NCBI GenBank assembly: GCA_041576165.1
Contig: JBFGLM010000075.1
Span: 1 to 18,143, forward strand
DNA length: 18,143 nt
Source: Acidimicrobiia bacterium
GTDB lineage: Bacteria; Actinomycetota; Acidimicrobiia; Spongiisociales; Spongiisociaceae
Direction: 5' to 3'
The notes under the pieces were generated by a model, which made no database searches, was not told the origin of the DNA, and was given only the letters and a program-made list of their open reading frames with translations. Within the stretch, counting starts at the first letter, position 1. Each line of letters starts with the position of its first letter. This document shows positions 7,869 through 16,007 of this stretch, in pieces. Made by a program: the position numbers and the translations under genes.

Positions 7869-8906
7869 CTAGGAGGTCGGCGGGGCCGCATGAGGCCTCC
7901 ATAGAGTGGCGGTTGTCGGTCCGTCTCCGGCGCTGAAGCCGACAACGTAGCCGCGATCATTCACTCCTGATGCCAGGCTGGCGTCGAACGTGGGAAGCGC
8001 TGGCAGCGGAACTGGCCGCCGTCGTTCGTCCCAAAGCGTTGCGGTCGTCGGACCATCTTCGCCATCCCACGACCGTCCGACCGCCACACCCCTGCTGTTG
8101 ATGTCGGACGCGACGGTGGCAACCAGACCAGAAAGGGCATCCAGCTCGACCGGTGTACCGTTGCGGTCCCACAACGTCGCGGTCAGCGTGTCAAAAAGGC
8201 TAAAACCCACTACTTGGCCTCGGTTGTTGACGTCGGCTGCCGAGCTGGTTGGCCGACCCAATAGCGGTGGCAACGGCGCCGGTGTTCCCTGGACGCTCCA
8301 GATCGTGGCCTGCGTCGGGCTGGCGCCGGAACTCGATCCAACCACTTCACCGCCTTCGTTGATGGCGGCCGCGAAGCTGGTGGAGTATCCGGGCAGCGGA
8401 GCCAGCGCGTACGCATTTCCAAGCCTATCCCAGACCGTCGCCATCGAATCGGTACCGGAGGTGCTCGTCCCGACCATGGTTCCGCCGTTGTTGACTCCCG
8501 TAGCTTGACTGTTGACATAGCCCGGCAGTGGCGGCAACTCCAAGACGGTTCCGTCCGGATTCCACACCGTCGCTCGCGATGTCACACCGCTGAAGCTCCG
8601 ACCGACCACAATGCCCAAGTCGTTCAGGTCGAGCGCCTGACTGGCTTCGAAGGCGGGAAGTGGCGGTAACACAGTCGGAGTTCCTCGGGCATCCCACTTC
8701 GTTGCCGTTTGAGGTCCCCCGAAGCTCGATCCGATCACGACGCCAACATTGTTGACGTCTACGGCAGTGGTGATTGTGAAACCCGCCGGTGTTTGCAAGG
8801 CGACAGCCTCGTATCCAGTGGGCGCCATATCAGCAGCCTCAGGCGCAGCTAGAGCTGGTCCGATACTCGCTGATAGCAGCACCAGCGACAGCATCATCGT
8901 ACGCAT
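7869..8906 (-). CDS. Secreted HAF-like extracellular repeat protein, probable 7-bladed beta-propeller
   Basis: Seven ~43-aa repeats 'SxAxxxNxxGxVVGxS...ATxWxxxG..LPPLPG'. Signal peptide MRTMMLSLVLLSASIGPALA. RBS GAGGAGG lies before ATG 8906. Confidence 0.85.
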   Translation of the reverse strand: MRTMMLSLVLLSASIGPALAAPEAADMAPTGYEAVALQTPAGFTITTAVDVNNVGVVIGSSFGGPQTATKWDARGTPTVLPPLPAFEASQALDLNDLGIVVGRSFSGVTSRATVWNPDGTVLELPPLPGYVNSQATGVNNGGTMVGTSTSGTDSMATVWDRLGNAYALAPLPGYSTSFAAAINEGGEVVGSSSGASPTQATIWSVQGTPAPLPPLLGRPTSSAADVNNRGQVVGFSLFDTLTATLWDRNGTPVELDALSGLVATVASDINSRGVAVGRSWDGEDGPTTATLWDERRRPVPLPALPTFDASLASGVNDRGYVVGFSAGDGPTTATLWRPHAAPPTS

Positions 8907-8998
8907 TCCATCCCTCCTCTCACGCAGTCTCAACCCTGCAACTCACCATTGGTCGCAACAAGAGGCATTTGCCCCTAGGGCGTCGGAGAGCCAGGCGC

Positions 8999-9243
8999 CG
9001 TCCAACAAAGTCGCGGGACGCGTTGCAGGCCCGGCGGTCTCCGGCCTAGCGTCCGGGACGTGACAGAACAGCAACGAAGATCGCTCATCGGGATCACCGC
9101 CAGTGTGGTGATCGGTGCCCTCGTCATTGTCGCCGGCAGCGACGGCAGCTCGCAGGTGGGCTCAATCGCAGTGTTCGCCGTCTGCGGGGTCCTGGCCTAT
9201 GTCATCAACTGGGTGGTCTTCGTGCCGTCCAATCTGGCCAGAA
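8999..9243 (+). repeat. Direct repeat copy B (promoter and first 61 codons of the intact DUF1295 gene)
   Basis: Matches 7557-7801. Confidence 0.9.
9023..9052 (+). promoter_or_regulatory. Putative sigma70-type promoter for a leaderless DUF1295 mRNA
   Basis: TTGCAG (9023-9028), 18-bp spacer, TAGCGT (9047-9052), then 7 nt to the GTG start. No Shine-Dalgarno is visible. Confidence 0.5.
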
Positions 9244-9935
9244 CGGAGCACTACTTCGACCTCACCGGCAGCGCCACCTATGTGACGGTCGTTGCCGTCG
9301 CTCTGCTGCTCAGCGACGACTTGGATGCACGGGCGCTGATCGTCGGGGCCATGGTCATCGTCTGGGCGCTGCGACTCGGCACATTCCTATTCCTCCGAAT
9401 ACGCCGGGCGGGGCGGGACGAACGGTTCGACAAGATAAAGACCGACTCCCTGCGATTCTTGATGACGTGGACTTTGCAGGGTCTGTGGGTGCTGCTCACG
9501 ATGGCGTGTGCGCTGGCGATCATCACCGGCATGGAAAGGGAGCCGATCGGCTGGTTGGCGATCGTCGGCATAGTCGTATGGGTCACCGGGTTCGCCATCG
9601 AAGTCGTCGCCGATCGGCAGAAGTCGGCCTTCAAGCAGGACCCGGCGAACCAGGGGCGGTTCATCACGTCGGGCCTGTGGGCATGGTCCCGCCACCCGAA
9701 CTACTTCGGCGAGATCGTCCTGTGGACGGGCATCGCTCTCATCGCTCTGCCGGTGCTGTCGGGGTGGCGTTGGGTCACGTTGATCTCGCCGGTGTTCGTG
9801 ACCTTGCTCCTCACCCGAGTGAGCGGTATCCCGATGCTGGAAGCCCGCGCCGAGGAGCGCTGGGGTGACGAAGCTGAGTTCCAGCGGTACACCGAGAACA
9901 CGCCGGTGCTGATCCCGCGACCTCCCAAGAGCTAG
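9060..9935 (+). CDS. DUF1295 family membrane protein (steroid 5-alpha-reductase-like)
   Basis: Multiple TM segments and the motifs EHYFDLTGS, WALRLGTFL, DERF, ADRQK, GLWAWSRHPNYFGE and SGIPMLE. Confidence 0.92.
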   Translation: MTEQQRRSLIGITASVVIGALVIVAGSDGSSQVGSIAVFAVCGVLAYVINWVVFVPSNLARTEHYFDLTGSATYVTVVAVALLLSDDLDARALIVGAMVIVWALRLGTFLFLRIRRAGRDERFDKIKTDSLRFLMTWTLQGLWVLLTMACALAIITGMEREPIGWLAIVGIVVWVTGFAIEVVADRQKSAFKQDPANQGRFITSGLWAWSRHPNYFGEIVLWTGIALIALPVLSGWRWVTLISPVFVTLLLTRVSGIPMLEARAEERWGDEAEFQRYTENTPVLIPRPPKS

Positions 9936-10116
9936 CCCCACCACCACACGGTCGGCGGCCGACATGACCGGGTGTGTGACGGTCGGCGCATTCATCTCGC
10001 CGAGTCTTCCTCAGCTGCCGCACTCCCAGTTCCGGCTTGGGAAGCTGTCGCCGCGCCCACCTATGATTCGATGCCGTTGCGCACGCTGTGGCTCCCGAGC
10101 CGGAGAGGAAACGTCT

Positions 10117-12780
10117 GTGCCCGCTGCCTCCTCCACCTGGGTCTTCCCTTTCGATGCCGCCGAGGCTTCACCCGAATTGCTCGGGGGCAAAGGCTCAGGC
10201 TTGGTGAGCATGACGAGAGCCGGGTTTCCCGTGCCTCCCGGATTCGTCATCTCGACCGCTGGTTGTCGCGCCTTCTACGACGGTGACCGCAACCTGCCCC
10301 CGGGACTGTGGGATGAAACCCTCGAGGCCATAACCGGCCTGGAGAAGGCAGCCGGCAAGACTCTGGGCGCGGGGCCGATTCCACTGCTGTTGTCGGTACG
10401 GTCGGGGGCATTGGTATCGATGCCGGGCATGATGGACACCCTCCTCAACCTGGGGCTGAATGCCAGCAGCGTCGAAGCCCTCTCCGAGGTGAGCGGCAAT
10501 CCCGAATTTGCCTGGGCCAGCTATCGGCGATTCGTACAGATGTTTGGGGAGATCGTCTTCGACGTCCCCGCAGAACGCCTGCAGAGTGCGGTCAACTCAG
10601 CCGAGCGACGTGGGCTCGTCACCGCCTCCGACGAACAGGAGCTGCTGGCACGCCTGGAGCGGATCATTCTCGGCTATGCCCGGCGTCCGATACCGGAGGA
10701 CCCCAGGGAGCAGCTACAGCTGGCCATTGCGGCGGTCTTCGACTCGTGGATGAGCCGCCGCGCCGTCGACTATCGCCGGATCAACGGCATCTCCAGCGAT
10801 CTAGGCACGGCGGTCACCGTCCAGGCGATGGTATTCGGCAACAGCGGCGAGCATTCGGGTACTGGAGTCGCTTTCACCCGGGATCCGACCAGCGGGGAGA
10901 ACTCGATGTTCGGGGAGTTTCTCCCCAATGCTCAGGGAGAGGACGTCGTCGCCGGGATCCGCACCCCGCTGACCCTCGATCACTTGGCCCAGCGCATGCC
11001 GGACATATACCGACAGCTGACGGACATGGCGGGTCGGTTGGAGGCCGAGTACCGCGACATGCAGGACATCGAATTCACGGTCGAAAACGGCAAGCTGTGG
11101 ATGCTGCAGACCCGGACCGGCAAGCGGACCGCTCGGGCAGCGGTTCGGATCGCAGTAGAGCTCGTCAACGAAGGCGTGATCACGCAGCACGAGTCCATCC
11201 TCCGGGTCACGCCCAACCGGCTCGACGAGCTGCTTCATCCGGTTGTTCAGGCGGCCGACACGGACATCATCATCGCCACCGGGCTGCCCGCATCCCCTGG
11301 AGGAGCGTCGGGCATGGTGGTGTTCGACGCCGACGAGGCCGAAGAGCTGGCAGCCGCCGGCGAATCGGTGGTCTTGGTTCGCCGGGAAACCAGCCCCGAT
11401 GACTTTCACGGCATGGCAGCGGCCCAGGCGATAGTCACTGCGCGGGGCGGAGTTACATCTCACGCCGCAGTAGTGGCGCGTGGGATGGGGAAGTCATGCG
11501 TGGTGGGATGCGAGATGATCGAGATCGACTACGCCCAGCAGCTGCTGACGGCCGGGCAGGAGGTCGTGTCGAAAGGCGACCGCATCACCGTCGATGGAAA
11601 CACCGGCACGATCTACCTTGGCGCCGTCACCACCGTCGAGCCGCAGCTCGACGAGTCTTACGCCACCCTCATGTCCTGGGTGGACGAGACCCGCACGCTG
11701 GCGGTCCGGGCCAACGCCGACACGCCGGACGACGCGGCAGCCGCTGTCCGGATGGGGGCTGAGGGCATCGGCTTGTGCCGTACCGAGCACATGTTCCTCG
11801 GTGCCGATCGCACCGAGGCCATGCGCCGCATGATCATGGCGCCCAATGCAGTTTTCCGCCGGGAGGCTTTGGCTGAGCTCGAGCCCCTGCAAACCCGGGA
11901 CTTCGAAGGCATCTTCGCGGCGATGGATGGGCACCCGGTCACTATTCGGCTGCTCGACCCCCCTCTCCACGAGTTCCTCCCCCGTCATGAAGACACGGTG
12001 GTGCGCATCGTCAACCTCAAGCTCAAGCTGCGTCAATCGGCGGATCTCGACGATATCAACCGAATCCTCAGCGAGATCAATGCGCTGGAGGATGTCTTGC
12101 AGCGGATCGAGAGGCTGCAGGAGGCCAACCCCATGTTGGGCCATCGGGGTTGTCGGCTCGGGATCGTCTATCCAGAGATCACGGAGATGCAAGCGCGGGC
12201 GATCTTCACGGCAGCGGTCCGCAGCGCTGAGAAGGGAATCAGGGTCTTCCCCGAGGTCATGATTCCCCTAGTTGCCTTCATGAACGAGTACGACTCCCAG
12301 GCAGAGATAGTCCGAAATGTTGCGGAAAGCGTCTTCGCCGAGCATGGGATGAGCGTCGACTATCTGCTCGGCACGATGATCGAGCTGCCGCGGGCGGCTC
12401 TCACCGCCAACGAGATCGCCCGTTCCGCCGAGTTCTTCTCCTTTGGAACCAACGACCTCACCCAGAGCACGGCGGGCCTGAGCCGCGACGACTCCGGCCG
12501 TTTCTTGCCCGGGTACATCCAGCGCGGCATCATCGATAGTGACCCATTCCGCACGCTCGACCTCGCCGGGGTGGGTCAACTCGTCCGCATGGGTGTGGAC
12601 CGCGGGCGAGCCACCCGCGCCGACCTCAAGGTGGGAGTGTGCGGCGAGCACGGTGGGGACGCCGAGTCCATCGCGTTCTTCCAGGATGTCGGCCTCGACT
12701 ACGTGAGCTGCTCGACGTTTCGGGTGCCGGTAGCCCGGCTGGCAGCCGCCTGGGCGGCGCTCGGAATCCGACCCGATTAG
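10117..12780 (+). CDS. ppdK: Pyruvate, phosphate dikinase
   Basis: Motifs LLGGKG, PVPPGF, SVRSGA..SMPGMMDT, QGEDVVAG, TSHAAVVARG (phospho-His), GIGLCRTEHMF, SFGTNDLTQ and CGEHGG. The start is probably GTG 10117 after GGAGAGGA, giving 887 aa. Confidence 0.97.
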   Translation: MPAASSTWVFPFDAAEASPELLGGKGSGLVSMTRAGFPVPPGFVISTAGCRAFYDGDRNLPPGLWDETLEAITGLEKAAGKTLGAGPIPLLLSVRSGALVSMPGMMDTLLNLGLNASSVEALSEVSGNPEFAWASYRRFVQMFGEIVFDVPAERLQSAVNSAERRGLVTASDEQELLARLERIILGYARRPIPEDPREQLQLAIAAVFDSWMSRRAVDYRRINGISSDLGTAVTVQAMVFGNSGEHSGTGVAFTRDPTSGENSMFGEFLPNAQGEDVVAGIRTPLTLDHLAQRMPDIYRQLTDMAGRLEAEYRDMQDIEFTVENGKLWMLQTRTGKRTARAAVRIAVELVNEGVITQHESILRVTPNRLDELLHPVVQAADTDIIIATGLPASPGGASGMVVFDADEAEELAAAGESVVLVRRETSPDDFHGMAAAQAIVTARGGVTSHAAVVARGMGKSCVVGCEMIEIDYAQQLLTAGQEVVSKGDRITVDGNTGTIYLGAVTTVEPQLDESYATLMSWVDETRTLAVRANADTPDDAAAAVRMGAEGIGLCRTEHMFLGADRTEAMRRMIMAPNAVFRREALAELEPLQTRDFEGIFAAMDGHPVTIRLLDPPLHEFLPRHEDTVVRIVNLKLKLRQSADLDDINRILSEINALEDVLQRIERLQEANPMLGHRGCRLGIVYPEITEMQARAIFTAAVRSAEKGIRVFPEVMIPLVAFMNEYDSQAEIVRNVAESVFAEHGMSVDYLLGTMIELPRAALTANEIARSAEFFSFGTNDLTQSTAGLSRDDSGRFLPGYIQRGIIDSDPFRTLDLAGVGQLVRMGVDRGRATRADLKVGVCGEHGGDAESIAFFQDVGLDYVSCSTFRVPVARLAAAWAALGIRPD

Positions 12781-12994
12781 CGCGCATTGGACCCGACTGA
12801 AGCTGTGGGGCGGCGCGGCACCCGTTGGTGAAGCCGGAGTCGGTCGGCGATAGCCGGAAGGTTGGGAGAACGCGTCGGTGATGGCTGAAGCAACGCAACG
12901 AATCGGCGCAGCCGTCAACGTGCTCACATTCCCGATCGAGATCTAGCATCGGGCACGACTGTCAGCCAGAGGGACCACAGCTGAGATCGATCAG

Positions 12995-13441
12995 CTATGC
13001 GCCCGCCGACCTTCCCTCGAGATAGCGACGGGCTCCTTCGACGGCTCGCCGCGCCTGCGGCTGGAAGGCGGCGTTGAGGAGTGGGGCGAGGGGTCGTAGC
13101 CACCTTGACGGATGGGACTGATTGCGGAAGGTCACCCGGGTGCCGTTGGCGTGAGGTTCGAACGTCAGCGAATCGACCGACCGAATCCCGGAGATCTCTC
13201 CCTCGTAGGTCACCGCCCGATTTGGCTCGAGTGCTGTGAGCGTGGAGCGGGCGGTCACGCGCAGCGGTCCCCGGCGGATCGTTGCCACATACGTCGATCC
13301 GATGGCGAATCGGTCACCGCTGGTGCGGCGGCTGGCCGTCACATTCGGGTTCCATCGGTCGAGCTCCGCCATGTCGGCCAGATGAGCGAACACCACATCG
13401 GGCGGTTGGGGAACAACCACGTGACCGGTGAACTCGATCAT
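12995..13441 (-). CDS. SRPBCC (polyketide cyclase/dehydrase, START-like) family protein
   Basis: MIEFTGHVVVPQPPDVVFAHLADMAELDRWNPNV...LEPNRAVTY...FEPHANGTRVT. The ATG at 13441 overlaps the upstream TGA (ATGA coupling). Confidence 0.85.
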   Translation of the reverse strand: MIEFTGHVVVPQPPDVVFAHLADMAELDRWNPNVTASRRTSGDRFAIGSTYVATIRRGPLRVTARSTLTALEPNRAVTYEGEISGIRSVDSLTFEPHANGTRVTFRNQSHPSRWLRPLAPLLNAAFQPQARRAVEGARRYLEGRSAGA

Positions 13442-13971
13442 CGGTGCTGCGGGGCGTGGGGCGAGGTGATGTGAAGTGTCGAGCCCTGCCGCATGAGCCA
13501 GACACCAAACGCTATCCAAGCGGCGCCCATCACTGCGAGGCCAGGCCCGAGCATCCCGCCCGCGGCACCCAGAAGCAGAAAGACACCCGACCACCGCAGC
13601 TCGGACCGGACCGACAGTGCCGACCCTCCGGCCGCTGCGAGCGTGAAGATCATTCCCGCGCCGCCGACGAAGAAGAGCCACACCGCATCCTCGACGCCGA
13701 AGGCGTCCTCGAGGAGATTGCCCACACCTTGGGTTGCCGCCAGCGCGCCTGCGAGAAGTAGCAACCACGCACCTCGACTGACCGGAGGGTCGCGCCACAG
13801 CAGGATGAGCGCGACGCCGGTGGCGACGCCGGCCGCGGTTTGGAGGATGACCCCGCTGTAGTCGAGAAGACCCTGCGGGTCGTAATACTGGATGTCCAGG
13901 ATCTCCAAGGACCACCGGCCGACCGCCAAGACTCCGGCAATCACGAACCAGATCGCGGTGGTCCGGTCCAT
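13438..13971 (-). CDS. Multi-pass membrane protein of unknown function
   Basis: About 5-6 hydrophobic segments. ATG 13971 lies 6 nt downstream of a TAGGCT -10 hexamer. Confidence 0.78.
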   Translation of the reverse strand: MDRTTAIWFVIAGVLAVGRWSLEILDIQYYDPQGLLDYSGVILQTAAGVATGVALILLWRDPPVSRGAWLLLLAGALAATQGVGNLLEDAFGVEDAVWLFFVGGAGMIFTLAAAGGSALSVRSELRWSGVFLLLGAAGGMLGPGLAVMGAAWIAFGVWLMRQGSTLHITSPHAPQHR

Positions 13972-13977
13972 CTTCAA

Positions 13978-13983
13978 AGCCTA
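13978..13983 (-). promoter_or_regulatory. Putative -10 element (TAGGCT) for a leaderless transcript
   Basis: The minus strand reads ctgTAGGCTttgaagATG, with no Shine-Dalgarno. Confidence 0.45.
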
Positions 13984-14065
13984 CAGACCGACCTGGTGCC
14001 GTTGTCTGGTGAGTCGACATTGACAAGCGCGCTCCCCCGGCCTGGTGAACACCGTTCGGAAGGGC

Positions 14066-14383
14066 TCAGTTGCCTTCGAGGACCTCGTCGATCCAACCCA
14101 TGGCCGCCGTCGCCGCCGGCAAGCCGATCGTGGTGATGGCGAGCAGCGCGGCATGACGGATCTCGTCGGCGGTCACGCCGAGCGCGAGGGCCTTCCTGGC
14201 GTTGGAGCGGACCGCGCCCTCCGAGCTGCGCCCGATCGCGATGCCGAGCTTGATCAGTCTTTGCGAGCGCTCGTCGAGCGGCCCGGCTCCGTCAACGGTG
14301 ACGGCAAGCGCATCGAGGCTGGAAGCCACATCGGCGTGGCGGCTGCGGAACGTCTTGTAAGCGTCGGGGAGGTATTCGGTCAT
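14066..14383 (-). CDS. Carboxymuconolactone decarboxylase (CMD/AhpD-like) family protein
   Basis: GPLDERSQRLIKLGIAIG..SEGAVRSNARKALALGVTADEIRHAALLAITTIGLP. AAGGGG lies before ATG 14383. No CxxC motif. Confidence 0.88.
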   Translation of the reverse strand: MTEYLPDAYKTFRSRHADVASSLDALAVTVDGAGPLDERSQRLIKLGIAIGRSSEGAVRSNARKALALGVTADEIRHAALLAITTIGLPAATAAMGWIDEVLEGN

Positions 14384-14622
14384 CGCTAGCCCCTTGCACG
14401 ATTCTTCCCACACGGTAGCCATCGACGAATGGCCCCGGGTGGAGCGGAAGCTCGTGGCCCGTCACACTGGGACGTCCGCCACTTGTTCGTGGGCGCGTCG
14501 CGTGCCACCGGCAGCTTTGGCACAGCCCGGCGGGTTACGGCGAAAGTGCCTACCGATCCATGAGGCTCGTGATGGGCCGGTCGACCCTAGCGATCGCCGC
14601 TGCAAGCCGATACCAATAGAGA

Positions 14623-14808
14623 ATGGCACCCATCGCCCGACCGGTCTTCTACGAAGGGCAGGTCCTGACAGCGAAGGATCTGAATTCGATCAGCGCATAT
14701 TGCGCCAGCGAGACCAAACGGCTCCGCATCTTCTGTCTCCTCGCAACCCTCCTCAGCTGGGCGGCGGCGATAGCTGTCCTCGCCGCCCGGATGACGACCC
14801 CGAATTGA
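14623..14808 (+). CDS. Small protein: 'FYEGQVLTAKDLN' motif followed by one TM helix
   Basis: 61-aa ORF with a recognisable N-terminal motif and a hydrophobic C-terminal half. RBS is weak. Confidence 0.5.
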   Translation: MAPIARPVFYEGQVLTAKDLNSISAYCASETKRLRIFCLLATLLSWAAAIAVLAARMTTPN

Positions 14809-14983
14809 CCAACAGTTCGCAGCACAGGGAGATGCGGTCTTTCCGCATGGGTGTTGAGGTACGTAGTCCGTGACTGCCGGCCGCCTTTTGAACCCTGCAT
14901 GAGGGTGGCGGCGACTGCCGGCGCTTCGAGAGCCAGCATCGGTGAGATGCGCGGAATAGCGTGGCGATAGCATCTCGACCGTC

Positions 14984-15895
14984 ATGACGATGCCGCCAGG
15001 TGGCCTGCCGAATCCCCCCGACCATCCCACCTCCTTCCAGCGCGCCGTCATCGCCGTCGTTGCGTCGCTCCAAGCAGGTGACCTCGCTACTTACGCCGAG
15101 GTCGCCGCCGAAGCCGGACATCCGGGATCAGCCCAGGCGGTGGCCAACGTCCTCCGCCAAGTGCCGGATCTCCCGTGGTGGCGAGTGATCCCATCGTCGG
15201 GCCGGCTCTATCGCACGCATCGGCCGACCCAAGAGCCCCTGCTGCGCGGCGAGGGCGTTGCCATCGACGACACTGGCAAGGTTGTACCCGAAGCGGGCCT
15301 GAATTGGATCATCGAAGGTTCAGTCGCATGGCACGAGCACGGACTCCAGACCCCTGTCCAGGTGGACCGAGCAACGCTCGATTACCGCAAACGCGAAGAC
15401 GTCCTCTCACGATTCGCCACCGATGTCGGGATCATGTTTCAGCCCGGTGCCGAAATGCTCTCACGCGACATCAACGACCTGCTGAAGAACTGGTGTGAAG
15501 AAGAAGGCATACGTGCCCCAGCAACGAAGGACATAGCGGACTGGCTGCAATCAAACGGGTGCAGAAAGCAACGCAAACGCATTGACGGCGGCCGGTACAC
15601 CGTCTGGGGCGGGATCACACAAACCGACGAAGTACCTGGAGAAACAACAGCCACCCCAACCGGTGGACACCGTGGACAACCCGTTCCGGTTTCTCCCTTA
15701 CGAGCGACAAATACAGAACTAACCGGAGACCCCAGTCCACCGGGTCCACCGCCGACCCTCCATGGCTCCTCTATGTCCGAGGCGGAATTTCAAGACGGGT
15801 CTCGCCCAACTCATGCGCTACTTGGGCTACCGCATCGTGCATTGGCGACCGGGCCGCGCCAAAGCGAACTCATGGGCTGTGCCAGTCACCTATGA
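14984..15895 (+). CDS. Chimeric ORF: alkyltransferase-like (MGMT DNA-binding/ATL) domain fused to a phage P4/D5-type primase C-terminal region
   Basis: The first ~100 aa contain ATYAEVAAEAG...PWWRV...QEPLLRGEGV (ATL type, Trp in place of the catalytic Cys). They are followed by LNWIIEG..W...GL..P..V..AT..YR...D.L.RF...WCEEEG...L...G..K.R, which resembles primase C-termini. Confidence 0.75.
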   Translation: MTMPPGGLPNPPDHPTSFQRAVIAVVASLQAGDLATYAEVAAEAGHPGSAQAVANVLRQVPDLPWWRVIPSSGRLYRTHRPTQEPLLRGEGVAIDDTGKVVPEAGLNWIIEGSVAWHEHGLQTPVQVDRATLDYRKREDVLSRFATDVGIMFQPGAEMLSRDINDLLKNWCEEEGIRAPATKDIADWLQSNGCRKQRKRIDGGRYTVWGGITQTDEVPGETTATPTGGHRGQPVPVSPLRATNTELTGDPSPPGPPPTLHGSSMSEAEFQDGSRPTHALLGLPHRALATGPRQSELMGCASHL

Positions 15896-16007
15896 CGGGA
15901 AGGGCTGGCCCGACCTCGTCGGATTCCACGCACCCTCCGGCACCATCGTCGCCATCGAACGCAAGAGCGCCCGAGGCCACGTCACCCCCGAACAAACCGA
16001 CTGGTTA
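15290..16007 (+). mobile_element. Prophage or phage-satellite replication-module remnant (primase tail, ori-like palindrome, VRR-NUC)
   Basis: Phage-type protein fragments occur in phage-like order and the sequence is visibly more A-rich than its flanks. No integrase or att sites are seen. Confidence 0.65.
15661..15751. repeat. Symmetric inverted repeat with paired GTGGAC/GTCCAC hexamers
   Basis: GTGGAC at 15663 and 15672, GTCCAC at 15735 and 15744, TCCGGTT at 15685 and AACCGGA at 15721. All share one symmetry axis at 15706. Confidence 0.8.

Noticed and set aside
7557-9243. Diversity-generating retroelement TR/VR pair
   Set aside because: Mismatches are not confined to adenines in either copy (G/C, C/T and G/T changes occur). 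The repeat covers a promoter and gene start, and no reverse transcriptase is in the window.
9964-10116. 51-aa N-terminal extension of PPDK
   Set aside because: PPDK similarity begins near WVFPF, an SD precedes GTG 10117, and a TATGAT -10-like hexamer lies at 10062-10067.
11980-12120. Coiled-coil insertion in the PPDK C-terminal domain
   Set aside because: As I recall, similar helical insertions are usual in actinobacterial-type PPDKs, so it is not novel.
13442-14026. N-terminal extension making a 343-aa SRPBCC ORF
   Set aside because: It is an Arg-rich off-frame read of the membrane-protein gene. The ATGA overlap supports a start at 13441.
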